A stretch of DNA of 64,000 bases from Escherichia coli. Its GTDB lineage: Bacteria > Pseudomonadota > Gammaproteobacteria > Enterobacterales > Enterobacteriaceae. The position numbers and the translations under genes were made by a program. Numbering within the stretch: the first letter of the stretch is position 1; the number at the start of each line of letters is the position of its first letter. The DNA lies in the NCBI RefSeq assembly GCF_003790525.1, contig NZ_CP033635.1; one strand, given 5' to 3'. This document shows, in pieces, positions 11,019 through 20,819 of the stretch. The notes beneath the pieces were generated by a model. It worked only from the letters and a program-made list of their open reading frames with translations, ran no database searches and was not told the DNA's origin.

Positions 11019-14000
11019 ATGAATAAGATATATAAAGTCATTTGGAACCATACAACCCAAAAATGGGATGTTGTTTCAGAATTGACGAGTTGTAGAAAAA
11101 AATGTAAATCAACTCGCTTAGGAATTGCTTTATCAGCAATGGTTCTGGGGGGCGCTATTGCAATTAATTGCAATAACGCAATGGCAGATGTCATATTGTC
11201 ACCAGACTGGCGTCCGGGTACGAATAACTCGGGTGTTGGGGCTGCAACAGTAAGTGGTAAAACCGAATACATCACTGGTCCAAATGTCGTCCAGTCTGGT
11301 GGGTCAGGTCTTATCTGGATGACTGTAGAACAGGCAATTTTAAATGGTTACACCACTGGAGATAATTTATCCGGATTGATTTACGTCAATACCGGAGAAA
11401 AAACAAAAACCATTACAGTGAAGGATGAGGTTACTGGCGCTTATCAAACACTTCAAGTGTTTGATACTGACTCTTTCTCACAACGCGATGCGGGGACTGG
11501 AGGAAATGAAACCATTCCTGGTTTTAGTGGCACTGCAGATTTTTTCAATGCGACACGTTTTGTAACAGCCAATAATGGCGGTACAGCTATTTTGGATGTG
11601 GGTTCACCAGCAATCGGTAATTTTTTTAAAAATACACAGCTTGCTGTAGCTGATGGAGAAGGTTCCTCTGTTGTATGGAACTCGGTCAATGATTTTTATT
11701 TTCAGCCTGGTGCAACCATGCAGGGGGGCGGCGTTACTCAAAAAATCATTGACTCAATGAAATATGCTGGAACAATTACTGATTGGGCGGGAAAAGTACA
11801 CCATATTAACTCTCTTGATGATTTAAAGCAATATAATCAATATTTGATAAAGTCACTAGAGGACAAAACGCTTTCTTATAAGCAGTATGATGCTGAATTT
11901 AATAAGGCCCTTATTGTCACCAAGCATAATTACAATGTGGATATGACCGCTGGGGGACGTATAGACTCAACTCCTTACAAAGAAAATGTAGGGCTGCTTG
12001 CTGTTCTCCATGCAACCAATAACGCACGAGCAATATTAGGTAAAACGGGTAAATTAACTGGAGTTCTTCCTGCCTATGGGAATGGAGGAGGGATCGTTGC
12101 AACTAATGGTGGGACCGGTGTTAATGAAGGGGTCATTGATGCCATTGGTACTGAAATGATTGCCTATCAAGACAGTACCATTGTTAACGATGGTACACTT
12201 TTTGTTTGGGATAATAATGATAAATATGCTCTCCAGGCAGAGGGGATGGTTGCCGGTAGTAATGGTTCTTCAGCCATTAATAATGGTGTTATTAATATTC
12301 GCCCATTTAAAAATGCTTTCGCTCCAGAGGGGATTAACACCGCAATTGTTGTTAGTAATGGGGGCATGGCAACAAATAAAGGCACAATAAATATTACTGC
12401 CGATGCATCAACTAATGATAATAATGGCAAAACACGAGGTGTAAATGTTGGAGCTGGAGGCTCTTTTATTAACTCGGCCTTCGGGAGCATCAATGTAGGT
12501 ATTGCGGAGGATAAAACTGCGACTCATTCGGCTGTGGGTTCTGTTGCGATTGAAGTACAAAATGGTGCAAACAAAGTCGTTAATGAAGGTACTATTTTTT
12601 TGGGCAGGGGGGCTCAGGGGAACTACGGAATCCTGGCAAAGGATGCCGGGAGTGTTGATGTGGTAAATAAAGGGACTATCACTATTGACGGTTATGACAG
12701 TGATGCACCTGCACTGAATGTTGGCATGCTGGCAAATAATAGCTCCGGGATGAAAAACTCCGGGATTATCAATGTTAATGGTCTGAACAGTACCGGGCTA
12801 CAGGTAATCAATGCAGGGCAATTAAATTCTGACGGTACGATAAATGTTGGCGGCGAGGGTATCAGTAGTGGTTTCCGTAACTATGGTGCCTGGGTGGAAG
12901 GTGCCAGAAGCAATGTTAATGTATCCGGAAAAATCAATCTTTCCGGTACTGGTGCTGTGGGGGTTTTTGCCAAAGATGGCGGCAGTCTTACCTTGTCAGG
13001 CAATGGTGCAGTGCTATTTGGCAGCAGCGATCAGATAGGCTTTTATGTCTATGGAAAGGACTCTGCCATTCATAATACCGGAAGCGGTGTTATGGATGTG
13101 TCCACTGAAAACTCAACATTATTCCGTATTGCCAGCGGTGCGACATTCCAGGGAACTGCAGATGCTTCTTCTGCACTTACGGCGTCTGGTAAGAACTCTT
13201 ATGCACTTATTGCCACGGGGAAATCGGATGGCGGTGTGGCCTCGACAGTAACGTCTGGAGGAATGACCATCAACCTGACGGGGGAGGGGGCTACAGCGAC
13301 TTTAATTGAAGGGGGAGCGCAGGGCACAATTGAAAGTAATGCCATTATCAATATGGATAATGCCAGTGCAATAGCCGGTATTGCGGATGGCAATGGCTAT
13401 GATATTTCCGGCAAACTCATTAATCCGAAGGACAAGACCACACTATTAACGGCGGGGGCTCAGTTAAGTTCCACCCAGGATAAAGTGACCGGGTATATCG
13501 CCCGTAATGGGGCCACTCTAAATAATACCGGTAATATCATCTTTACTGGAAAGAATACAGTGGGCGTCCGGGTTGAGGAGGGTGCTGTTGGTACCAACAG
13601 CGGAAATATTACAGTTCAGGATGGTGGTGTGGGACTAATTGCTAATGCCACACAAGATGTTACAACGATTAATAACTCGGGAAATCTCGTTCTCAAGGGG
13701 GGAGATAATGCTAACCGTACAACGGGTATAAAAGCATCTGGTACAACAACAACGGTTAATATGACCGCGGGTACTATATCTTTGCAGGGACAGGGGGCGA
13801 TTGGCGTTGAGGCCAGCAATAAAGGGACTGTTAACCTTGATGGCTCGGCAGTACCGAACTTTGCTTCTGACGGCTCTGGTATTACCGATCAGATTGCTTT
13901 TCGTATTATCGGAGATGGTGCAACCATTAAGACGAATATTGCACCGGGAACTCTGCTGGATGCCAGTGGGGAACGTTCTGTACTTTTCCGTATTGAAGAT

Positions 14001-17000
14001 GGGGCAAAACAGGCCGGCTCTTTGCTGATGAAAACCTCCGGGACAGGCAGCCGTGGTATCTGGGCCACAGGGAAAGGGAGCAATGTCCTGGCTGATGCTG
14101 GCAGTGATTTCCAGATCCTGGGCGCTCAGGCTCAGGGATTATATGTAACTGGTGGTGCGACAGCGACGCTGAAACAGGGGGCATCAGTTAACCTTGTAGG
14201 GGATGGCGCTGTTGTCGCGGAAGTTGACGGAAATGAATACGCTCTGGATGGCAGTATTACACAAACGAATACTGGCTCGGTTATTACCAATGAGGCAGAT
14301 ATCTCTTCGCCGCTGAATAATGCCAAGGGCTTTATTACGCGTAATCAGGGACTGTTGATTAACAGCGGCAACATTGATTTCACTACCGGTACAGATAATA
14401 TCGGCGTCTGGGTTGATAATGGTCGTTTTGAAAATACAGGAAGCCGTATAGCGGTCAATGGCGTTGCATTATTTGTTGAAGGTGAACACGCTCAGATTAC
14501 CAGCACGGGAGGGGATATCGTCGCTGTGGATGGTGAGGCTGCCATTAAGCTGGGGGCGGGCGCGTCACTGAACCTGGCAGGGAGTGGCCTGGGAACGATC
14601 GAAGGTCAGAAAAATGCGCATGGCATCCTGCTGGATACAGGGGCTGTGGGGCTGGTTATTGATGGTGCGAAAATCAATGTTAATGCTGCAGGTGCGGTCG
14701 GTCACGGGATTGAGAACCGTGCAGAAATTGAAGGCATTCAGTTAACCAATACGACTGAAATTAATGTGGCTGATGGCATTGGTGTGCGAACTTCTGCTTC
14801 TCTGGCCAAGACCAACAGCGGCACTATTAATGTAGACGGCAGTGGAATTGCACTGGCGTTCCAGAAAGCTGACGGAAGTGAAACCGATAATAACCTGGAT
14901 ATGTCTGACTCCGGCGGATTAGTCATTAATCTGAAAGGCACGGGCGGCACGGGTATTTTCGCCAACACTAAAGATGGTGCTGTCGTGAAGAGTGGTGCAA
15001 GTGTCAATGTTACACAGGCCGATGGCGGTTCCGCTCTGGTGGTTAACAATGCGGCCAGTGAAGTGGTTCAGAGCGGTAATCTCATCTCTGCTTCTCTGAG
15101 TCATGCCGTAGTGGATGCTTCAAAAGCACAGTCCTTTACCAATAAAGGTCAGATTAAAGCTGCGTCCGCCACCGGGACTGCAATGGCGTTTGATGACGCC
15201 GTGAATACCACCGTACTGAATGACAGCGGTGCTGAAATTCAGGGGGTTGTGGCTCTGAACGGCGGTGATAACACATTCACCAATAAAGGCAGTATTACCG
15301 GAACCGTCAGTGCAAAAGAGGGTAACAATACATTTTTATTTGATGATGGCAGCATACTGACAGGAGAAGTGGCTGCAGGAAATGGCAATAACAATGTAAC
15401 GCTCAATGGTAAGGCTCATGTTGATAAGGTTACTGCCGGTACCGGGAAGAACACCTTCACCATTAAAGGCGAAGGGGCAACCTGGAACCTGCTGGATGGC
15501 GGGCAGGGAGATTCTGATTCCCTGATTTTTGATAACGCCATTCATACGCTGGATTCTGCTGTAAAACTACGGAATTTTGAACATGTCGGGCTGAAGAACA
15601 GTTCGCTTGTCACTCTGAAGGAAGCTCTTGTGCTGACCGATGGGGGGACCGGCCCGGGTTCCGTCGATATTGAATCGGGCAGCGAACTGGCCATTATTCC
15701 CGCAGTTGCAGGCAACTTTACCTTTGATCCACTGTTAACAGGCAAAGGAACACTGTCTGCCCGTCTTGATGCCGACACATCTGCTTTTGAATTCAGCCAT
15801 AACGTCGGGGATCAATTTGCCGGAACTCTGAAGCTGGGTACCAGTAGCTTTGCTCTGGAAGGGCTGAATACGAGCGGGTTAACCCATGCAATGCTGATGT
15901 CTGAAACCGGGAATATCACAACGGTTGGCTCCGGTGTTCAGCAGATTGGCGGTCTTGGGTTCAATGGCGGAACGCTGATTTTTGGTTCCGTTATGCCGGG
16001 CGATACCATTGCCAGCAACAGTATTGAAACCTCTGCTGCAGGTACGCTGGATATCCGGGGGAAAGGCACAATTCAGGTCACCATGCCAGATGAAGTGATT
16101 AATGATATTCCGGCTGTTGATACCCGTAAGAATTTGCTGGAGCAGGATGATGCGCAGACCCTGGTCACACTGGTGAATGCAGCGGGTACCGTCACCGGTA
16201 CTGGCGGGCAACTGCAACTGGTGGATGAAAACGGGCAGGCTATTTCTCACAGTCAGACGTTTGATGTCACTCAGGGCGGTGAAGTTGTAGCTCAGGGAAA
16301 TTATGACTATAAGCTGCTGGGAAGCTCCGACGGTGTTAAAGGTGACGGACTGTACATAGGCTATGGGCTGAAGTCGCTGGATTTACAGGGAACCGGTGAT
16401 AAAGCGCTGGTGCTGACACCGAGAGCGAATGCCCAGGGACTGCAGACAGATCTTGGTGCACAGTTAACGGGGGCAGGGGATCTGGCCATCGAAGCTGCGG
16501 GGCAGGTTGTCACACTGTCTAACGGCGGTAATAACTACACCGGGGATACGCTGGTGCGCAGCGGCACACTGCAGATGGCAAATGATAATGTGCTTGGCGC
16601 TACAGGTAGCCTGAACGTTGCCAGCAATGCCGTCTTCAGAACAGACGGATACAGCCAGACGGTGGGTGCACTGCAGACAGAAACGGGAGCGCACATTCAG
16701 CTTGATAGCGGTAGTGTACTCACGGTCAGCGGCACGCAGCGTCAGCCGGGCGATGATAATGGTGGCATCATTGAAAACAATGTGCTGACCGGAGACGGTA
16801 CGCTGGCTGTCACGGGCAGCAATCTGACGGTACATGGCACCAATATCGGGTTCACCGGTAATGTCAGCCTTACCCGGGGTTCGCTGGTTGAAATGAACGG
16901 CGCACAGGGGCTGGGAAGCCAGGGCTCCATCAGCTTTGAAAGCCTTAATGATCGCCTGGCGATTGATATCGCCGACGGTAGCGGAGTCAGCAGTAACCTG

Positions 17001-18932
17001 AGTAAATCGCTTTCCGGAAAAGGTTCAGTGGGCATACTGAACACCACTGATCTGACACTTTCCGGAGATAACCGTAATTTCAGCGGTGAATTCCGTGTGC
17101 AGAAAGATGCTGCTCTGCGGGCTTCAGATGAAAAACACCTGGGCACCGGGCTGATTGACAGTGATGGTGTCACCTGGCTTACCGCCAGTGGAAACTGGTT
17201 ACTGAAGAATGATATTACTGGCTCCGGCGCTCTGGTGAAACAGGGGGCGGGTAATCTGATCATTAATCATGAGCTGACTTATACCGGTGATACCACGGTT
17301 GAGAATGGCGTTCTGATTGTCGGTGATGATTCAGTCACCCGTGCCGCTGGCGCGACGTTGTCAGGATCCAAAAACATTCATGTTCTTAATGGCGGCACAC
17401 TGAGTGGGCTGGGGACCGTTTCGGGTCAGGTTAATAACCAGGGAACACTGGCATCACTGAATGCTCTCTCAGGTTATGAAACGGCAGAGGCGGGCAATTT
17501 TACCGTTGGCTCACTGACCAATACCGGCGTCATTCGTCTGGCCGGTGGTAAGACAGGAAATACCCTGACCGTAAATGGCGATTACACTGGTGGCGGTACG
17601 TTAATTATCAATACCGTGCTGGGGGATGATACTTCTGCCACTGACAAACTGATTGTCACGGGTAACACCTCCGGTGATACCGGCGTGGTGGTGAATAATG
17701 TCCGGGGCCAGGGGGCTCAGACCGCTGACGGCATTGAGATTGTGCATGTCGGTGGGCAGTCTGACGGTAACTTCAGACTGCAGAACCGTGCGGTGGCAGG
17801 GGCATGGGAATATTTCCTGCATAAAGGTAATGCGGGTGGTACTGACGGTAACTGGTATCTGCGTTCTGAATTGCCGCCAGAACCACAACCGCAGCCGCAG
17901 CCACAACCGCAGCCACAGCCACACCCCACGCCGGATAAACCTGTACAGAAGGTCTATCGTCCGGAAGCGGGCTCTTATATTGCGAACATAGCGGCAGCCA
18001 ACACGCTGTTCAACATCAGAATGCACGATCGTGAGGGGGAAACTTACTATACCGATGTGTTTACTGGTGAGAAGAAAGCAACAAGTATGTGGATGCGTCA
18101 TATCGGCGGTCATAATCGCTGGAAGGACAGCAGTTCACAGCTGAATACGCAAAGTAACCGTTATGTTGTGCAACTGGGTGGCAGCATTGCGCAATGGACT
18201 GACGGTCAGGACCGTCTGCAACTGGGGATTATGGCCGGTTATGGAAATGAGAAGAGTTCCACGACATCCTCGCTTTCGGGATATAAATCTAAAGGTGCGA
18301 TCAATGGATACAGCACCGGTTTATACGGAACGTGGCAGCAGAATGACGGTAATGACAACGGGGCTTATGTCGATACCTGGATCCAGTACGGATGGTTTAA
18401 TAATACCGTTAATGGTGAAAAACTGGCTGCGGAGTCCTGGAAATCCCGTGGATTTACCGGTTCAGTGGAAGCGGGTTATACCTTTAAAGCCGGCGAATTT
18501 ACCGGTAGCCAGGGTAGTCACTATGACTGGTATATTCAGCCGCAGTCCCAGATCACGTGGATGAATGTAAGAGCCAGTGAGCATACGGAGAAGAATGGCA
18601 CGAAAGTTCAGCTCAGCGGAGACGGTAATATCCAGAGTCGTCTGGGCGTCAGAACTTACCTGAAAGGTAAGAGTGCGTCTGATGATAATAAGGCGCATCA
18701 GTTCGAGCCATTTGTGGAAGTTAACTGGATCCATAATACACGGAGCTGGGGTGTCAAAATGGATAATACGGCACTCAGTCAGGACGGAGCTACAAATATT
18801 GCTGAAGTCAAAACGGGTGTTCAGGGTAAATTGTCAGATAACCTGAATGTCTGGGGCAATGTTGGTGTTCAGGCTGGCGATAAAGGGTACAGTGATGCCC
18901 AGGCAATGCTGGGTATTAAATATATATTCTAA
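11019..18932 (+). CDS. Type Va autotransporter adhesin, AIDA-I/UpaE-like, 2637 aa
   Basis: Extended signal peptide motif MNKIYKVIWNHTTQKWDVVSEL; long Gly/Asn/Thr-rich beta-helical passenger; (PQ)n linker; C-terminal beta-barrel ending ...GIKYIF. Confidence 0.9.
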   Translation: MNKIYKVIWNHTTQKWDVVSELTSCRKKCKSTRLGIALSAMVLGGAIAINCNNAMADVILSPDWRPGTNNSGVGAATVSGKTEYITGPNVVQSGGSGLIWMTVEQAILNGYTTGDNLSGLIYVNTGEKTKTITVKDEVTGAYQTLQVFDTDSFSQRDAGTGGNETIPGFSGTADFFNATRFVTANNGGTAILDVGSPAIGNFFKNTQLAVADGEGSSVVWNSVNDFYFQPGATMQGGGVTQKIIDSMKYAGTITDWAGKVHHINSLDDLKQYNQYLIKSLEDKTLSYKQYDAEFNKALIVTKHNYNVDMTAGGRIDSTPYKENVGLLAVLHATNNARAILGKTGKLTGVLPAYGNGGGIVATNGGTGVNEGVIDAIGTEMIAYQDSTIVNDGTLFVWDNNDKYALQAEGMVAGSNGSSAINNGVINIRPFKNAFAPEGINTAIVVSNGGMATNKGTINITADASTNDNNGKTRGVNVGAGGSFINSAFGSINVGIAEDKTATHSAVGSVAIEVQNGANKVVNEGTIFLGRGAQGNYGILAKDAGSVDVVNKGTITIDGYDSDAPALNVGMLANNSSGMKNSGIINVNGLNSTGLQVINAGQLNSDGTINVGGEGISSGFRNYGAWVEGARSNVNVSGKINLSGTGAVGVFAKDGGSLTLSGNGAVLFGSSDQIGFYVYGKDSAIHNTGSGVMDVSTENSTLFRIASGATFQGTADASSALTASGKNSYALIATGKSDGGVASTVTSGGMTINLTGEGATATLIEGGAQGTIESNAIINMDNASAIAGIADGNGYDISGKLINPKDKTTLLTAGAQLSSTQDKVTGYIARNGATLNNTGNIIFTGKNTVGVRVEEGAVGTNSGNITVQDGGVGLIANATQDVTTINNSGNLVLKGGDNANRTTGIKASGTTTTVNMTAGTISLQGQGAIGVEASNKGTVNLDGSAVPNFASDGSGITDQIAFRIIGDGATIKTNIAPGTLLDASGERSVLFRIEDGAKQAGSLLMKTSGTGSRGIWATGKGSNVLADAGSDFQILGAQAQGLYVTGGATATLKQGASVNLVGDGAVVAEVDGNEYALDGSITQTNTGSVITNEADISSPLNNAKGFITRNQGLLINSGNIDFTTGTDNIGVWVDNGRFENTGSRIAVNGVALFVEGEHAQITSTGGDIVAVDGEAAIKLGAGASLNLAGSGLGTIEGQKNAHGILLDTGAVGLVIDGAKINVNAAGAVGHGIENRAEIEGIQLTNTTEINVADGIGVRTSASLAKTNSGTINVDGSGIALAFQKADGSETDNNLDMSDSGGLVINLKGTGGTGIFANTKDGAVVKSGASVNVTQADGGSALVVNNAASEVVQSGNLISASLSHAVVDASKAQSFTNKGQIKAASATGTAMAFDDAVNTTVLNDSGAEIQGVVALNGGDNTFTNKGSITGTVSAKEGNNTFLFDDGSILTGEVAAGNGNNNVTLNGKAHVDKVTAGTGKNTFTIKGEGATWNLLDGGQGDSDSLIFDNAIHTLDSAVKLRNFEHVGLKNSSLVTLKEALVLTDGGTGPGSVDIESGSELAIIPAVAGNFTFDPLLTGKGTLSARLDADTSAFEFSHNVGDQFAGTLKLGTSSFALEGLNTSGLTHAMLMSETGNITTVGSGVQQIGGLGFNGGTLIFGSVMPGDTIASNSIETSAAGTLDIRGKGTIQVTMPDEVINDIPAVDTRKNLLEQDDAQTLVTLVNAAGTVTGTGGQLQLVDENGQAISHSQTFDVTQGGEVVAQGNYDYKLLGSSDGVKGDGLYIGYGLKSLDLQGTGDKALVLTPRANAQGLQTDLGAQLTGAGDLAIEAAGQVVTLSNGGNNYTGDTLVRSGTLQMANDNVLGATGSLNVASNAVFRTDGYSQTVGALQTETGAHIQLDSGSVLTVSGTQRQPGDDNGGIIENNVLTGDGTLAVTGSNLTVHGTNIGFTGNVSLTRGSLVEMNGAQGLGSQGSISFESLNDRLAIDIADGSGVSSNLSKSLSGKGSVGILNTTDLTLSGDNRNFSGEFRVQKDAALRASDEKHLGTGLIDSDGVTWLTASGNWLLKNDITGSGALVKQGAGNLIINHELTYTGDTTVENGVLIVGDDSVTRAAGATLSGSKNIHVLNGGTLSGLGTVSGQVNNQGTLASLNALSGYETAEAGNFTVGSLTNTGVIRLAGGKTGNTLTVNGDYTGGGTLIINTVLGDDTSATDKLIVTGNTSGDTGVVVNNVRGQGAQTADGIEIVHVGGQSDGNFRLQNRAVAGAWEYFLHKGNAGGTDGNWYLRSELPPEPQPQPQPQPQPQPHPTPDKPVQKVYRPEAGSYIANIAAANTLFNIRMHDREGETYYTDVFTGEKKATSMWMRHIGGHNRWKDSSSQLNTQSNRYVVQLGGSIAQWTDGQDRLQLGIMAGYGNEKSSTTSSLSGYKSKGAINGYSTGLYGTWQQNDGNDNGAYVDTWIQYGWFNNTVNGEKLAAESWKSRGFTGSVEAGYTFKAGEFTGSQGSHYDWYIQPQSQITWMNVRASEHTEKNGTKVQLSGDGNIQSRLGVRTYLKGKSASDDNKAHQFEPFVEVNWIHNTRSWGVKMDNTALSQDGATNIAEVKTGVQGKLSDNLNVWGNVGVQAGDKGYSDAQAMLGIKYIF
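17874..17933 (+). repeat. Pro-Gln dipeptide repeat linker (CCGCAG/CCACAA units)
   Basis: PPEPQPQPQPQPQPQPHPTP in the translation; tandem 6-nt units in the DNA. Confidence 0.85.
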
Positions 18933-18939
18933 TCACACA

Positions 18940-18965
18940 GTGGCAGGAGGGGACCTCCTGCCACC
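18940..18965 (+). terminator. Strong hairpin 3' of the autotransporter
   Basis: TGGCAGGAGG-GGA-CCTCCTGCCA perfect 10-bp stem just after the stop; no clear T-run, so the terminator call is tentative. Confidence 0.35.
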
Positions 18966-18979
18966 TCAGGGTTGTCATA

Positions 18980-19510
18980 ATGAGTTCTGTAATGAAATTT
19001 TCTGTTGTTAATGCAGTAGTGCTGCTGTTGCTGATTGTACTTACTGGTGTTTTTTATATGAAAAAGTCAAAAGAAATTGCAGTTGTTAATATCGATGCTA
19101 TTTATAATCAGTCTGCCGCCGGAGACATGGCCAGAAAACATCTGAATGAGGTTAAGAGTATTCTTGAAAAAGGATATGAGGATGCGCAAAAAGTATTCGC
19201 AGATAACGCGAATAAAGAGGCGCTGCTTCTTGATGCCAGACAAAAACTGGAACGACAATATGTTATTGAGGAAAATAGCGCAAAAATGGTGTTATCCCGT
19301 GCGATAGATAATGCTATAGGCACATGGAGAAAAGACAATCCTAAAAATATTGCCGTATTGTCTTCAGGTGTTGTGCTTGCGCATAACGAGTCAGCTGATA
19401 TCACCAAAGAAGTCATGACTCTGGTTGAAAAAGAAAATCTGGTTTTTAATAAATTACCCAAAGTGGAAGTGCACAATAAGAATGAAGAGAAACCAGAACA
19501 AAGTAAGTAA
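18980..19510 (+). CDS. Skp/OmpH-like periplasmic chaperone paralog
   Basis: 176-aa ORF with signal/TM segment; IAVVNIDAIYNQSAAG and NIAVLSSGVVLAHNESADITKEVMTLVEK resemble Skp IAIVNMGSLFQQVAQ and [29 protein letters not shown] from memory. Confidence 0.55.
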   Translation: MSSVMKFSVVNAVVLLLLIVLTGVFYMKKSKEIAVVNIDAIYNQSAAGDMARKHLNEVKSILEKGYEDAQKVFADNANKEALLLDARQKLERQYVIEENSAKMVLSRAIDNAIGTWRKDNPKNIAVLSSGVVLAHNESADITKEVMTLVEKENLVFNKLPKVEVHNKNEEKPEQSK

Positions 19511-19947
19511 TCACTAGATTCTGACGATTTCCAGAAGGGAGATTCAGCAGGCCAGCATCTGTAATCATTCAGATTTTCTGGCTTGCTGCTAAATATGGTT
19601 GCTGAGAAAAATAGCAGTCCAGTAATTTATTCAGATTACTGAATATAATAATTTTTCAGGAACGGTTATGCTGAAGGTAGTATGTTTAATCGACACAATT
19701 ATTTGCTGTGTCTAATATGAGGTGACATTTTTATGATCACTGACCAGCAAGACTGACCCGTATTGATTAGCCTGATTATTGGCAACTTATTGGGGTAGTC
19801 ATTTTGACATCGAATGGGGGAGGTTTCCAGTTAAGTTCACGAATGCATGATGATTTGCGTTCACATATCGAAGTGCTGGTTGACTATACTAAGGATTTTA
19901 AGATAACTCACTGATTGTAAGTGGGTTATTGCGAGGGGGATGATAAA

Positions 19948-19966
19948 TGGTGTCCCTGCAGAAATC
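19948..19966. repeat. Degenerate copy of argW 3' end (putative distal att of the satellite)
   Basis: TGGTGTCCCTGCAGAAATC versus the argW 3' end TGGTGTCCCCTGCAGGAATC at 32636-32655 (17 of 20); about 12.7 kb from the tRNA. Confidence 0.5.
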
Positions 19967-20183
19967 ATCTTAATTATTATTATGTTGATTTATATGTAGT
20001 TTATTTTTGATTTTTTGTTTTTGTACCCGTTTTGTGCCCGTTTTATTCGATTCCCAATTTAAACTTCGATTCTAGAAAGGTGAGTAGGGGAGGTTATCAT
20101 TTCATGTATCATTATTGTAGACACAGAATAATTACTCGCCTATCCTCACTGTAGACACACAATAGATACAGGAGTTAACCCAC

Positions 20184-20432
20184 ATGCGCACACAGGTTGT
20201 ATTGCAAAAATGGGGTAATAGCATTGCCCTTCGACTAACGGGAAACCTTAAAACCGTTCCGGGGTTTTCAGTGGGTGATATCGTCAACGTTGAAATTAGT
20301 GAAAAGGGGCTTTTTGTAGAAAAGCCTGCACGCCGTCGCCTGAGTGAAGCCGAATTACTCGCCGGGATAACGCCAGTTACAGCGCACGCGGACGAAATTG
20401 CCACCCCATTCAATGAGGAGGTTGATTACTGA
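20184..20432 (+). CDS. MazE/PemI-family antitoxin (AbrB/SpoVT fold)
   Basis: 82-aa ORF MRTQVVLQKWGNSIALRL...; stop overlaps the toxin start. Confidence 0.75.
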   Translation: MRTQVVLQKWGNSIALRLTGNLKTVPGFSVGDIVNVEISEKGLFVEKPARRRLSEAELLAGITPVTAHADEIATPFNEEVDY

Positions 20433-20776
20433 TGTTTGTACCTAAGCGTGGTGATATTTGCTGGCTGGATTTTGAGCCGCAGAAAGGAAAAGAGAGCGGA
20501 AAGTATCGCCCGGCACTCATACTATCCCATGAGCAATATAACCGACTCACCGGGCTTGTCATATGCTGCCCCATAAGTACGAGCATACGAAATGCTCCCA
20601 CAGAAGTTCCGGTAACAAATCTGGACGCCCCCAGCGTGGTAGCAACCACACTCATTCAAACCCTTGACTGGCGTCAGCGGAAAGCGCGCTTAATCACAGA
20701 GGCAGAAGATGGGGTATTTAATGATGTGCTTGAAAGAGTCATTACCCTGATTGGTGGAGAGCATCTGCTTAAGTAA
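20432..20776 (+). CDS. MazF/PemK-family toxin (endoribonuclease)
   Basis: 114-aa ORF MFVPKRGDICWLDFEPQKGKESGKYRPALILS..., PemK/MazF-like N-terminus; coupled to the upstream antitoxin. Confidence 0.75.
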   Translation: MFVPKRGDICWLDFEPQKGKESGKYRPALILSHEQYNRLTGLVICCPISTSIRNAPTEVPVTNLDAPSVVATTLIQTLDWRQRKARLITEAEDGVFNDVLERVITLIGGEHLLK

Positions 20777-20819
20777 AAGGAGGGCTGAGAAGCCCTCAAC
20801 GTTACCAGAAATTTCCTTG

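Larger units (their letters stand above)
7715..19947. mobile_element. Accessory islet: recombinases, LuxR-type regulator, giant autotransporter, Skp-like chaperone
   Basis: Not in the K-12 gene order between dsdC and argW; AT-rich flanks; bounded distally by a degenerate argW 3'-end copy at 19948-19966. Confidence 0.45.

Noticed and set aside
17717-17929. Minus-strand ORF beginning MGCGCGCGCGCGCGCG
   Set aside because: It is the antisense reading of the Pro-Gln repeat DNA in the autotransporter linker, not a gene.
11453-18734. Many 60-170-aa ORFs on the minus strand and in alternative plus frames inside the autotransporter gene
   Set aside because: All lie within a single continuous 2637-aa ORF with clear autotransporter features; their amino-acid compositions are typical of out-of-frame translation of a repetitive gene.
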